A stretch of DNA of 64,000 bases. Origin: Mobula hypostoma. Taxonomy: Eukaryota. The notes under the pieces were generated by a model that did no database searches, had not been told where the DNA came from, and saw only the letters and a list, made by a program, of their open reading frames with translations. A program made the position numbers and the translations under genes. Location: assembly GCF_963921235.1 (NCBI RefSeq), contig NC_086120.1, forward strand, positions 8,556,001 to 8,620,000, written 5' to 3'. Below are positions 59,380 through 64,000 of the stretch, piece after piece (the first letter of the stretch is position 1; each line of letters starts with the position of its first letter).

Positions 59380-61300
59380 CAGAAGATGATACGGCATAGG
59401 AGCAGAACTAAGCCATTTGGCCCAGAGAATCTGCTCTGCCATGATTGATAAATGTTCCTTCTCAATCCCATGTATAAATGGTTGATTTATTACCCTCCTC
59501 ATCGCCATTCTCCTGCCTGTTCCCCTTAGCTTTGATGTCCTTACTAATCTATAACTTATCAATCTCTGCTGTAAATATACCCATTAACGTGGCCTCCACA
59601 GCTATCAGTGGCAATGAATTGCATATATTCACCAGTCTCTGGCTGAAGTTATCCCTCCACTTTACTGTCTAATCGATAGAATTTTTGTTCAGAGGCTCTG
59701 GTCCCTGGTCCTAGATTCTTCCACTCTTGGAAACATTCTCTCCGTGTCCACTCCACTAGTCCATTCAGTATTTGACAGCTTTCAATGAAATCCAACCTGT
59801 TCTTCTAAACTTCAGTGAGTGCAGGTCCAGAGCCATCAATCATTCCTCATATGTTAATCCTTTCATTCCAGAGATCTTTCCCATGACAGCATTTCCAAAT
59901 CCAGATAAGACTGCTCACAATACTCCTTGTGCAGTCTGACGAAATGCGTTATGAAGCCTCAGCATTACATCTTGATTTGTATCGTAGTCTGCTCAATTTA
60001 CTTTCAATAATACTGACTCAACCTGTAAGTTAACCATTATGGAATCCTGCACGAGGACTCCCAAGTCTCTTTGCATGCCTGATTTCTGGATTAGTTCCTT
60101 GTTAAGAAAATTGTCTAAAAGCATGCATGACCTTACATTTCCTTTCACTGTCTTCTATCTGCTACTTCTATGCCGATTTTCCAAATCTTTTCAATTCCTT
60201 CTACATACTCTCTACTTCCTCAGCACTTCATGCCTCTCCACCCATCCACAAACTTGGCCATAAAGCTATTACTTTCATCATCTACATCATTGACATAAAC
60301 CATGAAAAGAAGTGGTCATAACATTAACCTCTTGTCAGAGCTTCTGAAGATCTAATTTAAAACAACTTACACTTACCCTCCTTTGTTTATCCTGCCTGGT
60401 ATTTCCTCAAAGAATTCAAACAGAACTTTCTGCACGATTTCCCTTTTAGGAAACCATACTGACTTAACTCTCTTTTGTCATGAGTCTTCAGGTACTGCAA
60501 ATTGTAACTCGTAAAAACGAAATCTAACATCTTGCAAGCCACTGACGCCAGACTTACTGGCATTTACATTCCTGCCTGTTATTTCCTTCCCTTCTTAAAG
60601 AGTTGAGTTACATTTTCATTTTTTCATTCCTCCGAAACTATTCCAGAATCTAATGGTTCTTGAAAGATCACAACTAATGCTGCAACTCAACAGTCTTCTT
60701 AACTGCATCTTTCAGAACCCTGGGTTGTAGTCCATCTGCTCAGGGTGGTCATCAGGTCCAGGTAGCCTATCTGAATACAGTAATCTGTGTTTCTTTTGAA
60801 ACAAGCCCTGGGGAGATCACATTGGGGAACTGCGAGCAATCTCTGTATTTATTTTTCCATCAGAAAGTCTACGAATCAACCACTCTGTGTATGATCCAAG
60901 TCATTTACAGTAATCATAAGCAACAGAGGTCCAAGAACTGATTCCTGTGGAACACCACTAGCGATAGCCCTCCAAAGTGGATATTTCCCATCCACTACTA
61001 ACTTCTGTCTCCTATGGCCAACCAATTTAAAATCCAGTCAGATAAGTTATCATGGATACAAAGTGACTTAGTTTTCTGAATCAGGCTACCTGAGAAGCTT
61101 GTCAAATGCTGTTCTAAAATCCATGTAGAAAACATATACAACTCTAATTTCTTCAATCATTTTCGTCACCTCCCCAAAACCCCTGACAATTTGTAATGCA
61201 TGTTCAGCCCCACACCAATCCACGGGTAACTATTACTAATAAGAACATGCTTATCTAAATATGTCTAAATCCAATGCCTAAGGATCTCTTCAATACCTTT
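59380..61300 (-). mobile_element. Patchwork of old CR1 fragments
   Basis: Reverse complements of a CR1 3' UTR, 'LGLYS/RGQSL' regions and GVPQ(E)SVLG-like segments; highly decayed. Confidence 0.6.
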
Positions 61301-63875
61301 GTTAGTTGAAAGGGGGAACACTGCTTCCTATCTCCTTTCTTCCTTTTTCTTGGATTCAGCTCTCTGATATTTATGCCATGTTGTGAGGTAATGGGAGGCC
61401 TGTACCCACTGGAATTTTGAAAACTGAGAGGGAAATTGGTTAGATCATCAGCTCCAGAGTGTTCTCGGCAGGGAGAATATGAACAGGATGCTTCTTCTCA
61501 TCAGAACATCTAAAACATAATGTTAGTGTTTAATAATCAGGAGCAGTTTATTTAGGACAAATGCAAAGCTATGTTTGCTTCTCTGAGAGAGCAAAAAATC
61601 TTTTGAAACTATTTTTTTTACGGGGCTGTGGAAGCAAAATGAATTCATATTTTTAAACAATGAACAAGTTGAAAGTTAACTGTAACATAGGGTAATGGGA
61701 AATTAAGTTTACAAAAAGATCAGCCATAATGTGAATCAATGGCTGAGCAGGATGGAAGGGCTAAGTCATTTATTATTCTCCAAAATCAATCTTTGTGTGG
61801 AAATCTACCTACTTGAATTCATGACAGATCACTGACTGGAAGATTGCACCTCCCTGAGCAATATTGGACTTCACTTCAAAAAGCTCCAGATAGCACCCCT
61901 TTGTTCATTCTGTCTCAATCTATCCATTGTTTCTTTGGTAGCCAAGTGCCAGTTCAGATCTTATTGGCAGGTACTTGTGGGATATTCCTTCCTGTTAGGG
62001 CATATTCTGAAGGTAAGGTATATTGCAAATGTAGCAGTCTAAGTTGGTGAACATTTTTAAACTTAGCACACACTTGAATCTACATGAGTCAGTGGCCTCG
62101 GGATCACAAGGTATCACCAACACGGCAGAGAGATGAAATGTTAAATACAAAAGTAGTGTGGTATGTATGCGTGCATGTGTGCTTATGTAAGAAACTAAAC
62201 ATTTCTGTGTTAATTTTGTGAGACAGGACAACCAGTCGTGATGGGTGGTTACTGGCAGTTTGAGATGCCAATCAGATACATGTATACTTGTTTTGAAAAC
62301 TGTATTTTGGAAAAGGCATTTTCGTGTGTGTGTGTGTGATTTAATGATGCATCCGTAACGTTGGTGTAACAGTTAGATGCAAAGAAATATGACAGGCATT
62401 TGTGCAGTACATAAGTTGCAGATTGCAGAATATGTACTCTGTGGGTTTAAGTATGTAGTGTTTAATTTTTATCCACCATTTATATTGTATGTAGTGTGGG
62501 AATTAATGTGGAGATATTTGACGGAGACATTACACCCAGTTATATCTGTTAGGATGGCAGTGATTGCGGTCAGCGAATGTCAGGTTGAGATCCCTGAGAG
62601 TCAAGCCAATCATAAACCTTGATTATGACCATCCCTAAGTCAATCAGCCCTGGAGAGAAGCAGAGGATTTTCTCAGATTTATCCTCACCAACTTTTCCTG
62701 TACATCCATGAGAGTGTCCCGGAGACTAGTCATCAAGATTCTGACAATCCTTTGTAATGACATGGAATATGAACTTTTGCCTGTGATCCTGATACACTTA
62801 TGACCCTGATACATTCTCCTTGCTGGTGCCCTGACCGAAGAGTAAGCAATAATAGCCACTACTGAGTTTTACCTATCACAACCCAAATTGGTGAAAGTAA
62901 AGAATAAATAGCAAGGATTGACTTTAACAACCAATCTTTGACCTGAACATGGACTGGAGATTAAATTTTAAATGTAGACTTGGACAGTAGTTCTCTGGAG
63001 CTATGGAAACCAATTAATTGAAAACCAGTCAATTCTGATTAACATTCATTTTGTGTGTGTGGAGTGTGGGTGCAAAGAATGAAGTGTGAAAATTATATGT
63101 AATTCAAAGGAGGCATTGTAGATACATTGTAACTATAGAATTTTCTTTTTGCTGCCGGATTCGATCCTTAAAATGTAAAAGGTTGTGTAATATTGAGCCA
63201 AACAGGCATCTTCCTCCACGCGTGCCTCATTTTATTCAATAAAACACTTCAGCAAACACAAGCTTCAATATCTCTCTGATGACTTTGTTTGTAATGCAAC
63301 CGTTCCTGACAGACAGAAAAAACTCAGACTACCCCATCTTTAGCGGTGTTGTCAGGAATTGGGTGTGTATTTAAATACCTACAACAGCAGCAGCAAATTC
63401 AGCAGCATGCTTGCATGCAGGATACATTTTCTTTACTGAGTGCTCCCTCATTCACTGTGTTAATTTGGAGCTCAGGTTCGGTTTCCGACAACACTGGAAC
63501 TGCAGGCCAGCATTCCTGGGAAGGAAAACACATTCAACAAGTATGACAATGGCCAAGACCTACCAATCACACAGAGAAATCTCACACCAATTTCTTCCCA
63601 ATTAGTGATATCTCAGTACTCACAGCAGGAGGAAAATAAATATAATTTGAGGTAATATTACTGAAAAAAAAATCAGTAAATCAAATAATACATCAGAAGC
63701 TGTGTAGTCCTTATTTAGCAACACACATACTGAGGCCATTCAGCCCACTGGGTCTATATAAGCTCCCAACAGAGTAGCTACATTAATGTCACATCCATTC
63801 CCCTCACATTCCCTAAAGCACCCTTCGATTCTTTTCCTGCTTCTTTACATAGAGAGGCAGTTTACAGTACCTCAG

Positions 63876-64000
63876 AAACATAGAAATATAGAAAACCTAC
63901 AGCACAATACAGGCCCTTCGGCCCACAAAACTATGCCAAACATGTTCTTACCTTAAAACAACATAGTCTTACCCATAGCACTCTGTTTTCCTAAGCTCCA
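63876..64000 (-). mobile_element. CR1 3' end (runs off window)
   Basis: aaacatagaaatatagaaaacctacagcacaatacaggcccttcggcccacaaa..., the same tail family as 4332 and 12880. Confidence 0.75.

Overview
Repeat-rich vertebrate genomic DNA from a cartilaginous fish, probably a ray or skate (inferred from the CR1/Penelope/Tc1/V-SINE repertoire and the immunoglobulin organisation). The only host gene I can support is a complete, in-frame immunoglobulin light-chain cluster on the + strand at about 54.9-57.1 kb. It has an octamer/TATA promoter, a leader exon, a germline-JOINED V-J exon with no RSS, a GC-AG J-C intron, a C exon and a polyA signal, giving a predicted 241-aa protein of the sigma/sigma-cart (type I/NS5-like) group. 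The most unusual structure is a 6.5-kb insertion (5324-11840) into a Rex/Babar LINE, flanked by a 5-bp TSD (CTATC). It consists of five LTRs separated by four 165-bp internal segments, with no gag/pol coding capacity. On the minus strand it carries the hallmarks of a self-priming Tf1/sushi-type Ty3/gypsy element: a TATA box, an R-start complementary to the PBS, an MDPA gag start and a PPT. It therefore looks like a tandemly arrayed, TRIM-like miniature retrotransposon. A decayed gag-protease-RT element of the same lineage lies at 26.8-33.3 kb, split by two Tc1 insertions. The rest is young and old CR1 LINEs, RTE, Rex, R4/Dong, Tx1 and Penelope fragments, a solo LTR, SINEs, microsatellites, two N gaps and an old local duplication shared with the IgL 3' flank. 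All of this comes from reading by eye; no database search was run, and boundaries of decayed elements are approximate.
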